From a bacterium (lineage in GTDB: Bacteria; Sysuimicrobiota; Sysuimicrobiia; Sysuimicrobiales; Kaftiobacteriaceae): a stretch of 64,000 nucleotides of DNA. The DNA lies in assembly GCA_044868695.1 (NCBI GenBank), contig JBIOWP010000105.1, positions 11,346-75,345 of the forward strand. The letters are read 5' to 3'. The notes under the pieces are model-generated. The model saw nothing but the letters and a program-made list of their open reading frames with translations. It had not been told where the DNA came from and did not search any database. Both the position numbers and the translations under genes were made by a program. Shown piece by piece: positions 11,915 through 23,121 of this stretch (its first letter is position 1; each line of letters opens with the position of its first letter).

Positions 11915-12648
11915 CGCGGGCGTTTGGACAGCCCATGCATGTCCACAAGCGCGTGGGATCGACGAATGACCTGGCCCGCGCGCTGGCGGACCAGGGAGCT
12001 CCTGAGGGGACCGCGGTGATCGCGGAGGGGCAGACCGGGGGACGGGGGCGCCGCGGCCGCCGGTGGCAGTCCCCCGTAGGCGGTCTGTGGCTGTCCGTTG
12101 TCCTCCGACCCACCCTGGAGGCCGAACAGTGGCCCCTGGTGGGCTTCTCGGCCTCCATAGGTGCCGCAGCGGCGGTCGAGGACGCGACCGGCGTCGCGGT
12201 GGCCTTGAAATGGCCCAATGACCTCATGGCGTCCGGGCGGAAGCTCGGCGGCGTTCTGGTTGAAGCCCATGGCGGCGCAGCCGTCGTCGGGATTGGGATC
12301 AATGCAAACTTCTCACCCGGTGATCTGCCGCCGGAGATCAGCGCGCACGCGGTGTCCCTCCTGGAACTCCTGGGGCACCCCGTGGATCTCGCGGGCCTCG
12401 TCGGGTCGGTATTGACGCAGTTCGAGCGCTACTACGACCTGCTGCAGCGGGATCCAGACGCCCTCCTGGCGCAATGGCGCCTGCGCGACGTGACGGCTGG
12501 CCGCGTGGTAAGCATCACCGGAGCGCACACCCTGGAAGGTTTGGCCGAAGGGGTTGACGGGTCCGGCGGACTGTTGGTCAGAACGGCGGCCGGCGTGCAG
12601 CGTGTTGCCGCCGGTGACGTCTCGCTCCGGAACGCGAAGGGTTCCTAG
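11911..12648 (+). CDS. birA: Biotin--[acetyl-CoA-carboxylase] ligase (group I, no HTH domain)
   Basis: GQTGGRGRRGRRWQSP and GGLWLS motifs. ATG at 11911 overlaps the upstream stop. Product of about 245 aa is too short for an N-terminal DNA-binding domain. Confidence 0.85.
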   Translation: MTRAFGQPMHVHKRVGSTNDLARALADQGAPEGTAVIAEGQTGGRGRRGRRWQSPVGGLWLSVVLRPTLEAEQWPLVGFSASIGAAAAVEDATGVAVALKWPNDLMASGRKLGGVLVEAHGGAAVVGIGINANFSPGDLPPEISAHAVSLLELLGHPVDLAGLVGSVLTQFERYYDLLQRDPDALLAQWRLRDVTAGRVVSITGAHTLEGLAEGVDGSGGLLVRTAAGVQRVAAGDVSLRNAKGS

Positions 12649-12654
12649 GGTCGC

Positions 12655-13608
12655 ATGCCGCAGATCACCGATGTGGCGGGGGTCAAAGTGGGGCACGCAA
12701 CCGACGCCAAAGCGGCGACCGGGTGTACCGTGATCCTGTGTGAACGGGGCGCCGTCGGTGGTGTGGACGTCCGCGGGGCAGCGCCGGGGACGCGCGAGAC
12801 AGATCTGCTGCGTCCGATGAACCTGGTGGAACGCGCGCATGCGGTCCTCCTGACCGGAGGAAGTGCGTTCGGGCTCGCGGCAGCGGACGGAGTGATGCGC
12901 TACCTGGAGGAACGGGGGATCGGTCATGACACCGCCGTCGCCAAGGTGCCGATCGTCGCCGCCGCGGTGGTCTTCGACCTGATGGTCGGCAGCCCGACGG
13001 TGCGGCCGACGATGGAGACTGGGTATGCGGCCGCGCGGGCCGCCGCCGCGGGAGCGGTCGAGGAGGGCAGCGTGGGCGCCGGGACGGGCGCTACGGTTGG
13101 AAAGCTGATGGGGCCGGGGTCGGCGATGAAAGGCGGGGTGGGCACCTGGGCCGTCAGCCTTCCCGGGGGCGGCGTCGTCGGCGCGCTCGTGGTGGTAAAC
13201 GCTTTCGGCGATATCCTCGACGACCGGACCGGCACGATTCTTGCCGGCGCGCGCGATCCGCAGACAGGGCGCTTCCTCAACATGACCCAGGCGCTGCTGG
13301 GCGGGCGGCATGCGCCCGGGTTTGCCGCCAATACGACGCTCGGCGTCATCGCCACCAACGTGGAGTTGACCAAAGAACAGGCCAACAAACTCGCGCAGTT
13401 GGGCCACGACGGTCTGGCCCGGGTTGTGTCACCCGTGCACACGATGCTCGACGGCGATACGATCTTCGCACTCTCGACCGGCGCCGCAAAAGCCGACTTC
13501 ATAGCCGTGGGTGTGGCTGCGGTCGAGGCCGTGGCCGAGGCTGTGATGCGAGCAGTCCGTCTTGCCAGAGGGGTCGGAGGGATTCCCGGACTGGCCGATA
13601 AGACCTGA
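12655..13608 (+). CDS. P1/S58 (DmpA/OAT superfamily) aminopeptidase family protein
   Basis: 317 aa. N-terminal ITDVAGVKVGHATD and self-processing-type GGSAFG/T region typical of DmpA-like peptidases. Confidence 0.75.
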   Translation: MPQITDVAGVKVGHATDAKAATGCTVILCERGAVGGVDVRGAAPGTRETDLLRPMNLVERAHAVLLTGGSAFGLAAADGVMRYLEERGIGHDTAVAKVPIVAAAVVFDLMVGSPTVRPTMETGYAAARAAAAGAVEEGSVGAGTGATVGKLMGPGSAMKGGVGTWAVSLPGGGVVGALVVVNAFGDILDDRTGTILAGARDPQTGRFLNMTQALLGGRHAPGFAANTTLGVIATNVELTKEQANKLAQLGHDGLARVVSPVHTMLDGDTIFALSTGAAKADFIAVGVAAVEAVAEAVMRAVRLARGVGGIPGLADKT

Positions 13609-13612
13609 CCTG

Positions 13613-13682
13613 CCGGACCGGGACCCGGGACCAGGGACCGGCAAAGCTCTTATTGTGCTCTGGTCCCCGGTCCCAGGTCCCG
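13613..13682. repeat. Heptamer palindromic element, copy 2
   Basis: CCGGACCGGGACCCGGGACCAGGGACCGG, 19-nt spacer, TGGTCCCCGGTCCCAGGTCCCG, directly after the peptidase stop. Confidence 0.8.
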
Positions 13683-13794
13683 CCTTTGTGGTATCCTGCT
13701 TGTAGGGCCGACATCCCGCGTGGGGTCGGACCCCGAACTGAGCCCTCTGGTGGGCTCCGTCCGGTACTCGATGAGACTGGAACGGAGGATGCAT

Positions 13795-14577
13795 ATGGCG
13801 CAGTTCCCCCTTGCCCCTCATGCAGCGCGGAGGGGTTTTCGCTTGTCCACCCGGGACGTTGCCGTCGCCGGCGTGCTCGGCGCGGTCGCGATCGCGCTCG
13901 GGTACACACCGCTGGGATTCATCACGTTCCCCACCCCCGCGGCGTCGGCCACGACGATGCACATCCCGGTCATTGCGGCAGGCGTGCTGGCCGGGCCCGT
14001 CGTGGGCGCATTCGTCGGCGCCATCTTTGGGGTCATCAGTTTCCTGCGGGCCACGACGCCTGCATTCGCCAACCCGCTGATTGCCATCGCACCGCGCATC
14101 CTGATTGGGATTGTGGCGGCCCTGGTCTTCACGGCCCTGCAGCGCGGCTACGCCCGGAACCTGTCCGCGCTCGCGCTCGGCGCGGGACTGTTCACCATCC
14201 TAGGCCCCGGAGCGCAGCGGTTTGAGGCTGCCTACGCCGCAAAGAAGATCGAGCCGACCTGGTTGATCGAGGCGTACCACCGGGTCGCCGCGGTGACCGC
14301 TCCACAGGTCTGGCTGTCGCTGGCCGCCGGCGTCGCGGCGGCGGTGGTGGCCTACTGGCTGCTGTCCGGCGAGAACGCCGCCCCGGCCGCGGCCGCGGTG
14401 GCCGGGACGCTCACGAACACCATCGGCGTGCTGTCGTTGATGGTCATCTTTGGGTTCATCCCGGCCGGCGCCGCGTTTGTGATCGGGGCCACCCATGGGC
14501 TGCCGGAGGTCATCCTTGCGGTGATCATCGCGGTGCCTGTGGTCAGAGCAGTGACGGCCGCGCGCGGGAGAAACTAA
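13795..14577 (+). CDS. Polytopic membrane protein, ECF-transporter S-component-like (substrate unknown)
   Basis: ATG at 13795, 6 nt after GGAGGA. At least 6 predicted TM helices, small-residue-rich (TPLGFITFPTPAASATTMHIPVIAAGVLAGP). No ABC or energising genes adjacent. Family assignment is tentative. Confidence 0.6.
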   Translation: MAQFPLAPHAARRGFRLSTRDVAVAGVLGAVAIALGYTPLGFITFPTPAASATTMHIPVIAAGVLAGPVVGAFVGAIFGVISFLRATTPAFANPLIAIAPRILIGIVAALVFTALQRGYARNLSALALGAGLFTILGPGAQRFEAAYAAKKIEPTWLIEAYHRVAAVTAPQVWLSLAAGVAAAVVAYWLLSGENAAPAAAAVAGTLTNTIGVLSLMVIFGFIPAGAAFVIGATHGLPEVILAVIIAVPVVRAVTAARGRN

Positions 14578-14581
14578 CGAC

Positions 14582-14654
14582 GGGAGCAGGGATCCGGGAT
14601 TAGGGATCCGTCACTGCCTGTTATCTGATCCCGGATCCCGTATCCCGGCTCCCG
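14582..14654. repeat. Heptamer palindromic element, copy 3 (GGGATCC variant)
   Basis: GGGAGCAGGGATCCGGGATTAGGGATCCG, 16-nt spacer, GATCCCGGATCCCGTATCCCGGCTCCCG. Sits between the membrane protein stop and the coaX RBS. Confidence 0.8.
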
Positions 14655-14669
14655 CAGTCGGAGGTTCGC

Positions 14670-15488
14670 ATGCTGCTTGCGATCAATGTGAACAACACTC
14701 AGATCAAGGTCGGTGGGTACAACGGAGCCGAGCTGATCGTGCACTGGCGCATCGCCACCGATCTCGACAAGACCGACGACGAGTACGCGATGATTCTCCG
14801 CGGCCTGTTCCAGTATGCCGGGCTGGAGTTCTCGTCGGTGGAGTCGGCGGCGATTTCGTCGGTCGTGCCGCCCCTGACCGACGTGTTCGAGCGGCTCTGC
14901 CGGCGCTACTTCGGCGTGACGCCCCTCGTCGTGGGTCCGGGGGTGCGCACCGGCATGCGCATCCTCTATGAGAACCCGAAGGAAGTCGGCGCCGACCGTA
15001 TCTGCAACGCCATCGCCGTCACCGCGAAGTACGGCGGGCCGGCGATCGTGGTGGATTTCGGGACCGCGACGACCTTCACGGCGGTCTCCGCCGAGGGCGA
15101 CTTCCTGGGCGGCGCCATCGCCCCCGGCATCGGCATCTCGGTGGACGCGCTGGCCGAGCACACCGCCCAGCTGCCGCGGGTGGAGCTCACCAAACCCAAG
15201 GCGGTGATCGCACGCTCCACCGTGAGCGCGATGCAGGCCGGGATCATCTATGGGTTCGTCGGCCAGGTGGAGGAGATCGTCCGCCGCATGCGGGCCGAGC
15301 TCGGTGGTAGAGTCGTCACCGTTGCCACGGGCGGATGGGCGGAACTGATCGTCGACGAGTGCCGCTGCTTCGATCACCTCGATCCGCTGCTGACGCTCGA
15401 AGGCCTGCGCATCATCCACGAGCGCAACCGTACCGCCCCCGAGGAGGCGCGGGCGCCGGCCGATGCATCCCGTCCCCCGTCGCCGTGA
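14670..15488 (+). CDS. coaX: Type III pantothenate kinase
   Basis: 272 aa. MLLAINVNNTQIKVG N-terminus, DFGTATTF and GGAIAPG motifs of the CoaX/Bvg accessory factor family. Confidence 0.9.
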   Translation: MLLAINVNNTQIKVGGYNGAELIVHWRIATDLDKTDDEYAMILRGLFQYAGLEFSSVESAAISSVVPPLTDVFERLCRRYFGVTPLVVGPGVRTGMRILYENPKEVGADRICNAIAVTAKYGGPAIVVDFGTATTFTAVSAEGDFLGGAIAPGIGISVDALAEHTAQLPRVELTKPKAVIARSTVSAMQAGIIYGFVGQVEEIVRRMRAELGGRVVTVATGGWAELIVDECRCFDHLDPLLTLEGLRIIHERNRTAPEEARAPADASRPPSP

Positions 15489-15509
15489 GCGGGGCAGGAG
15501 ACCTCGCGT

Positions 15510-16508
15510 TTGACGCGTAGTACCGTCCACAGACCTCCGATGGCCACCAAACGCGTCGTCTCCGTCAGCCTGGGCAGCAGCAGCCGTGACCACCGCTTCG
15601 AGACCGAGATCCTCGGCCAGCGCATCGTCGTCGAACGCATCGGTACCGACGGCGACGTCGGCCGCGCCAGGCAGCTGCTGGAGGAGCTCGATGGAAAGGT
15701 CGACGCGCTCGGGCTCGGCGGGACCGATCTCTACCTGCGCGCCGGAAACCGGAAATATCTGATCCGCGAGACGGCAGGGTTGGTCCGGAACATCCGGACA
15801 ACGCCGTTCGTCGACGGTGGCGGGCTGAAGGCATCCTGGGAGCGCTGGCTGATCACAGATTACCTGCCGAATCGCAAGGGCTTCTCGCTCCGGGGCCGGA
15901 AGGCGCTGCTGGTGTCGTCCGTGGACCGCTACGGCATGGCCGAAGCGTTCGCGGAGGCGGGTGCCCAGACCATCTACGGCGACTTTCTCTTTGCGCTGGG
16001 CCTGCCGATCCCGCTGCGCACCCTGATGTCAGTGAAGATCCTCGCCGCGCTGCTGCTTCCTATCCTCACGAAGCTTCCGATCAAGTTCTTGTATCCGACC
16101 GGCAAGAAGCAGGAGGAAGTCACCCCCAGGTGGGTCCGGTACTATGCGTGGGCCGACGTGGTAGCCGGGGATTTTCATCTGATCCGCCGGTTTATGCCCG
16201 ACGACCTTCGAGGCAAAGTCATCCTGACGCAGACGATCACGGAGCGCGACGTCGCAGAGTTGCGGCGGCGGGGGGTCTGGCTGTTGATCACCGATGGTCC
16301 CGACATGGGCGGCCGGTCGTTCGCCACCAACGTGCTGCAGGGGGTAATCGTCGCACTGCTGGGCCGGCCTCCGGAAGAAATCGCCACCGACGAGTACCTG
16401 CAGACCGCCCTGCGGGCGGGCTTCGAGCCTCGCGTGGAGGAGCTCACCCCAGGCGCAGCCCCGCCCTGGGCGCCGCGCCTGCGCGTCGCCGCCCCGGCGG
16501 CCCCATGA
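15510..16508 (+). CDS. Conserved hypothetical protein, translationally coupled to the AAR-like reductase
   Basis: 332 aa. TTG at 15510 after AGGAG (ATG 15540 is an alternative). N-terminus VVSVSLGSSSRDHRF...GLGGTD weakly resembles PlsX/Pta or AroM-type alpha/beta folds. Stop overlaps the downstream ATG (ATGA). Confidence 0.6.
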   Translation: MTRSTVHRPPMATKRVVSVSLGSSSRDHRFETEILGQRIVVERIGTDGDVGRARQLLEELDGKVDALGLGGTDLYLRAGNRKYLIRETAGLVRNIRTTPFVDGGGLKASWERWLITDYLPNRKGFSLRGRKALLVSSVDRYGMAEAFAEAGAQTIYGDFLFALGLPIPLRTLMSVKILAALLLPILTKLPIKFLYPTGKKQEEVTPRWVRYYAWADVVAGDFHLIRRFMPDDLRGKVILTQTITERDVAELRRRGVWLLITDGPDMGGRSFATNVLQGVIVALLGRPPEEIATDEYLQTALRAGFEPRVEELTPGAAPPWAPRLRVAAPAAP

Positions 16509-17605
16509 CAGGAGTCGGCCGGTTCGCGTTCGTCATCCATCCGCTGCGCATTGACGATTTCGCGCGCAGGTACGCGTTCACGCGGCGGCTCCCCGAGCGC
16601 CTCGTCGAAGCGGCCTTCCGGCGCGTCCCACCGCGCATAGTCTCCCACATCACGGGTATCCGCTCGGCGACCGGCGCGCGGGCGGAAGGGTGGTTCATCG
16701 GCCTTCCGCTGACCCCGCGCACCCTCCAGGAGTCCCCCCTGGACTTCGTCTACCGCCGGCTCATCCAGTGCGGCCGGCTGGCGGAGGCGAAGGGCGCCGG
16801 CATCATCGGCCTGGGAGCGTTCACGAAGATCGTCGGCGATCGAGGTGTGACCGTCGCGAATAATCTGCGCATTGCCGTGACGACCGGCAACAGTTACACG
16901 GCCGCGACCGCGGTGGAGGGCGCCCTGCTGGCCGCGCAGCGCATGGGCATCGATCCCGCCACGGCCACCGCCGCTGTTGTCGGGGCGACCGGGTCCATCG
17001 GCGCGGTGTGCAGTCAGATGCTCGCGCGCGCCGTCGGCCGGCTGTTGCTGGCCGCCCGCACCCGCGAGGCGCTGGAGACGCTTGCGGCCCGGCTGCGTGC
17101 CTCAGGGCGCGCGGAGGTGCTGGTGGGCACGGACGTGAAGGCGGCGGTGCGGGCCGCGCAGATCGTGCTCACCGTCTCATCGGCGACCGACGTGATCATC
17201 GAGCCCGAAGACCTGCGGCCCGGCGCGGTCGTCTGCGACGTGGCCCGGCCGCGTAACGTCTCGAGGCTGGTCTACGAGCGGCGCAATGACGTGCTGGTCA
17301 TCGACGGCGGGGTCATCGAGATTCCCGGCGATGTGGATTTCGGGTTCGACTTCGGGTTCCCGCCGCGGATGAGTGAAGCATGCGTGGCGGAGACGATCCT
17401 GCTCGCGCTGGAGCACCGCTACGAGAATTTCACGTTGGGGAGGGACATTACCCTGGCTCAGGTGGAGGAGATCGCGGCGGTGGCCCGCCGGCACGGGTTC
17501 CGCCTGAGCGGCTTCCGGCGCTTCGAACGGGTGATCGACGATGGCGAGGTGGAGCGGATCCGCGCGGCGGCCCGCGCGAACACGGCGGCCCTCCGGTCCT
17601 CGTAG
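16505..17605 (+). CDS. Acyl-ACP reductase-like (AAR / COG5322 family) NAD(P)-dependent reductase
   Basis: 366 aa. Aligns by eye to cyanobacterial AAR: TTGNSYTAATA vs TTGNTHTAYV, AAVVGATGSIGAVCS vs VAVVGATGDIGSAVC, C-terminal RHGF. The six-frame ORF from 16130 is an upstream artefact; ATG is at 16505. Confidence 0.8.
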   Translation: MTGVGRFAFVIHPLRIDDFARRYAFTRRLPERLVEAAFRRVPPRIVSHITGIRSATGARAEGWFIGLPLTPRTLQESPLDFVYRRLIQCGRLAEAKGAGIIGLGAFTKIVGDRGVTVANNLRIAVTTGNSYTAATAVEGALLAAQRMGIDPATATAAVVGATGSIGAVCSQMLARAVGRLLLAARTREALETLAARLRASGRAEVLVGTDVKAAVRAAQIVLTVSSATDVIIEPEDLRPGAVVCDVARPRNVSRLVYERRNDVLVIDGGVIEIPGDVDFGFDFGFPPRMSEACVAETILLALEHRYENFTLGRDITLAQVEEIAAVARRHGFRLSGFRRFERVIDDGEVERIRAAARANTAALRSS

Positions 17606-17619
17606 AGTGATCGCTGTGC

Positions 17620-17648
17620 TTGACGCCCCGGGTGGGATGGGCTATACT
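17620..17648 (+). promoter_or_regulatory. Sigma-A-type promoter of greA (TTGACG-17-TATACT)
   Basis: -35 at 17620..17625, -10 at 17643..17648. Followed by a GC hairpin (CTGAGGGCGGCGCGCCCTCAG) in the leader. Confidence 0.6.
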
Positions 17649-17712
17649 GCCAGCGCTGAGGGCGGCGCGCCCTCAGTTTTGTGTTCAATGTCCCTCGCAG
17701 GAGCATTGTGAC

Positions 17713-18195
17713 ATGCCAGAGACCGAAAAAGAAACGATACTCACGCCGGAAGGGCTCCACAAGCTCGAAGATGAGCTGGAGCATCTGAAGACGGTCCGCC
17801 GCAAGGAAGTCGCCGAGCGAATCAAGCAGTCGAAAGAATTCGGCGACCTGATGGAAAACTCGGAGTACGAGGACGCCAAGAACGAGCAGGCCTTCGTGGA
17901 AGGGCGCATCCTGCAGCTGGAGGTCATGCTGCGGAACGCCCGGGTCATCGACAACCACGCGGCTCCGCCCGACCGCGTCGCTGTGGGTTCTATGGTGCGG
18001 GTCAAGGACCTCAGCGCCGGGGACGAAATCACCTACAAGATCGTGGGCTCGGCCGAGGCCGACCCGGACCAGGACAAGATCAGCAACGAGTCCCCGGTCG
18101 GCCGGGCGCTGCTGGGCAAGCGCAAGGGGGACACGGTGGATGTCACCGTGCCCGCGGGCAAGATCCGATACAGCATCCTGCAGATCAAGCACTAG
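17713..18195 (+). CDS. greA: Transcription elongation factor GreA
   Basis: 160 aa from ATG 17713 (after GCAGGAG). Coiled-coil N-domain and FKBP-like C-domain motifs ([22 protein letters not shown]). Confidence 0.9.
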   Translation: MPETEKETILTPEGLHKLEDELEHLKTVRRKEVAERIKQSKEFGDLMENSEYEDAKNEQAFVEGRILQLEVMLRNARVIDNHAAPPDRVAVGSMVRVKDLSAGDEITYKIVGSAEADPDQDKISNESPVGRALLGKRKGDTVDVTVPAGKIRYSILQIKH

Positions 18196-18305
18196 TCACC
18201 AAGGCCGCCGGTTCCTCCCATCAGGGCGCCCGGACCGCCAACGGTCTTGTTTCCCCCCGGCAGGGCACAATGCAAACAGAGGATGCGACGGCTGCAGGCG
18301 GGAAT

Positions 18306-18335
18306 TTGACCCTGTTCCTATCCGTAGGATAGTAT
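18306..18335 (+). promoter_or_regulatory. Candidate clpC promoter (TTGACC-18-TAGTAT) with embedded perfect palindrome CTATCC-GTA-GGATAG
   Basis: -35 at 18306..18311, -10 at 18330..18335. The 15-bp palindrome at 18318..18332 overlaps the spacer and -10. A roughly 135-nt leader follows before clpC. Confidence 0.5.
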
Positions 18336-18476
18336 GAGGTTGTTCCGGTGAGATTGTGAGGCCCGAGCAGGAGGGTCCTCCGCCGGGGCAGAAACGTAGG
18401 GCTAATCGAAGCCTCTGCCGCCTGACACTTCGCCGCGCATCCACCTCGATCTGGCGGAGAGGAGGACAACATCGCA

Positions 18477-20936
<2,460 letters not shown>

Positions 20937-20940
20937 CTGA

Positions 20941-21067
20941 GGGAACGAGGGGACAAGGGAACGAGGGAAATTCGAGGAATGTGGGTTTCGCAACGGAGGG
21001 CCCGGCACACACCGGGCCCTTTTCACTGCGATCCATTGTTCCCTAGTTCCCTCATTCCCTAGTTCCC
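20941..21067. repeat. Heptamer palindromic element, copy 4 (GGGAACG variant) with a nested terminator
   Basis: Arm GGGAACGAGGGGACAAGGGAACGAGGGAA, imperfectly complementary arm GTTCCCTAGTTCCCTCATTCCCTAGTTCCC. The interior contains GGGCCCGG-CACACA-CCGGGCCC followed by TTTTCAC. Confidence 0.75.
20996..21026 (+). terminator. Rho-independent terminator after clpC
   Basis: 8-bp GC stem (GGGCCCGG/CCGGGCCC), 6-nt loop, then TTTTCAC. Confidence 0.7.
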
Positions 21068-21086
21068 GGACGCAGGAGGTTTCGGC

Positions 21087-22436
21087 GTGGCGAAGGGGCG
21101 TCTTCAGTACGTCTGCCAGTCCTGCGGGTACACCTCGGCGAAGTGGCTGGGACGGTGCCCGTCGTGTGAGGCGTGGAATTCGTTCGTCGAAGAGGCGCCT
21201 GCCGAGACGCGCCTCCCGACGTCCGCGGGGCCGCCCGCCGCGCCCGTGGCCATTACCGACGTGGTCGCCGCCTCCGAGCCCCGCATGGCGACCGGACTGC
21301 GTGAGCTCGATCGCGTCCTGGGGGGCGGGCTCGTGCCGGGGTCGCTGGTCCTGATCGGCGGAGATCCGGGAATCGGGAAGTCCACCCTGCTGACGATGGC
21401 CTGCCGGCACCTGGCCGAACAGGGCCGGCCGGTCCTCTATATCAGCGGCGAGGAATCCATCACACAAATCAAGCTGAGAGCGGACCGGCTCGGGGTCGCG
21501 TCGCCGCACCTGCTCCTGCTGGCCGAGAACAGCCTGGATGCCATTCTGGGTGCCTGCGAGCGCGCGAAGCCGCACGTGGTCATCGTTGACTCCATCCAGA
21601 CGGTCTACAAGGCCGACCTGGCGTCTGCGCCGGGCAGCGTCGGCCAGGTGCGGGAGTGCACGGCCGACCTGATGCGGCTGGCCAAAGGGCAGAACGTGAC
21701 CGTGCTCATCGTGGGGCACGTGACCAAAGAAGGTCAGCTGGCCGGCCCGCGGGTGCTGGAGCACATCGTGGACACCGTGCTCTACTTCGAAGGGGACCGG
21801 CATCACGCGTACCGCATCGTCCGCGCGACGAAGAACCGGTTCGGCTCGACCAACGAGATCGGCGTGTTTGAGATGCGCGCGGACGGCCTGCGCGAGGTGC
21901 CCAATCCCTCGGCGGCGTTCCTGTCCGAACGGGCCGCGGAGGCGCCGGGCTCGGTGGTGGTCTGCGCCGTAGAGGGCACGCGGCCGCTGCTCGTTGAAGT
22001 GCAGGCCCTGGTCACGCCGACCGTCTTTGGGATGCCGCGGCGCACCGCGGCGGGAGTGGATTACAACCGCATGGTAGTGCTGCTCGCGGTGCTGGAAAAG
22101 CGCGCCGGACTGCACCTATCCAGCCACGACGTGTACGTCAGCGTGGCCGGCGGGGTAACCGTGGACGAGCCCGCTGTCGACCTGGGCGCGGCCGCCGCTG
22201 TGGCCAGCAGCCTCCGCGACCGTCCTGCCGATGCCGCCGCGGTGGCGGTCGGCGAAGTCGGGCTGGCGGGGGAGATCCGGGTGGTGCCGCAGCTCGACAA
22301 GCGGGCCGCCGAAGCGGCGCGGATGGGGTTCCGGCGCTGCATCGTTCCGAAGCCCGCCGCGGAACTGGACGTGCCGGGTATTGAGCTCGTTCCCGTGGAG
22401 CACATTGGGGAAGCCCTGGCCAGGCTCATACCCTGA
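21087..22436 (+). CDS. radA: DNA repair protein RadA/Sms
   Basis: 449 aa. N-terminal zinc ribbon CQSCGYTSAKWLGRCPSCEAW, Walker A GDPGIGKST, KNRFG motif, Lon-like C-domain. GTG start after GCAGGAGGT. Confidence 0.95.
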   Translation: MAKGRLQYVCQSCGYTSAKWLGRCPSCEAWNSFVEEAPAETRLPTSAGPPAAPVAITDVVAASEPRMATGLRELDRVLGGGLVPGSLVLIGGDPGIGKSTLLTMACRHLAEQGRPVLYISGEESITQIKLRADRLGVASPHLLLLAENSLDAILGACERAKPHVVIVDSIQTVYKADLASAPGSVGQVRECTADLMRLAKGQNVTVLIVGHVTKEGQLAGPRVLEHIVDTVLYFEGDRHHAYRIVRATKNRFGSTNEIGVFEMRADGLREVPNPSAAFLSERAAEAPGSVVVCAVEGTRPLLVEVQALVTPTVFGMPRRTAAGVDYNRMVVLLAVLEKRAGLHLSSHDVYVSVAGGVTVDEPAVDLGAAAAVASSLRDRPADAAAVAVGEVGLAGEIRVVPQLDKRAAEAARMGFRRCIVPKPAAELDVPGIELVPVEHIGEALARLIP

Positions 22437-22443
22437 AATTACG

Positions 22444-22560
22444 GGACCAGGGACCGAGGACCGGTACGAAAACGATGGGACTAAAATAACGGCACTCCGT
22501 AGCAGAGCACCTTTTGCTTCTTTAGGTTATCTGGTCCCTGGTCCCGGGTCCCCGGTCCCG
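22444..22560. repeat. Heptamer palindromic element, copy 5 (long AT-richer spacer)
   Basis: GGGACCAGGGACCGAGGACCGG, 67-nt spacer, CTGGTCCCTGGTCCCGGGTCCCCGGTCCCG. Lies at the convergent junction of radA and the MazG-like gene. Confidence 0.8.
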
Positions 22561-22566
22561 CAGTTA

Positions 22567-22962
22567 TCAGGTGAGATTAAACACGCCTAAGGCACTGACG
22601 CGGGCATGTTCCTTTTCGAGGACCTGTCTGAGGTTTAGATCGAGGAGGCCGCACAGCGCGGCGAGATAGAACAGGGTCGAGCCGATCTCGGTCTCCACTA
22701 CCTCGCGGCACTTCTCGCACATCTCTCCCACCAGGTGCGTTGCCATGAACTGTTTGAGTTCCCGCAGGCTGACGTCGGTGGGGAAGGTCTGCTTGCTGGC
22801 ATTGACCGAGATGCACCCGCAGCTGGTGACAGACTTCGCGACCGCCCGGTTGATGCGGGCGGTCGCTTCGGTGAGCTTCGTTTGAACGTCAAGGATACTG
22901 CGATGCCGGAGCAGATATTCGGAGACCGTCGCCTGAAAATGCGCTTCGTCGGTGTGCTTCAT
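22567..22962 (-). CDS. MazG-like nucleotide pyrophosphohydrolase family protein (YpjD-like)
   Basis: 131 aa. ETEIGSTLFYLAALCGLLDLNLRQVLEKEHARV matches the EEIGDVLFVL...LD motif of small MazG-type proteins. Assignment from memory of the family motif. Confidence 0.6.
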   Translation of the reverse strand: MKHTDEAHFQATVSEYLLRHRSILDVQTKLTEATARINRAVAKSVTSCGCISVNASKQTFPTDVSLRELKQFMATHLVGEMCEKCREVVETEIGSTLFYLAALCGLLDLNLRQVLEKEHARVSALGVFNLT

Positions 22963-23121
22963 TCCGCCCCCCTGAGATGCTCCGCACCGCGCGTGCAGGC
23001 TAGGACGCTGTCATTATAGGTGTCGCCGCAAATCATTGTCAAGGAAGGCGCGGTGACAGTTGCACGTCCCCGTATGGGATGGGTTATAGTTAGAGAAGAA
23101 CACGGAAGGTGTGACTCTACT

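Noticed and set aside
18300-18320. Possible CtsR operator upstream of clpC
   Set aside because: Only one TTTGACC heptad is present (it serves as the -35). CtsR sites are tandem heptad direct repeats. A second copy is absent.
22464-22530. AT-richer 67-nt spacer inside repeat copy 5 as a small RNA
   Set aside because: No promoter, terminator or stable stem could be discerned. It is most simply a variable spacer between the two heptamer arms.
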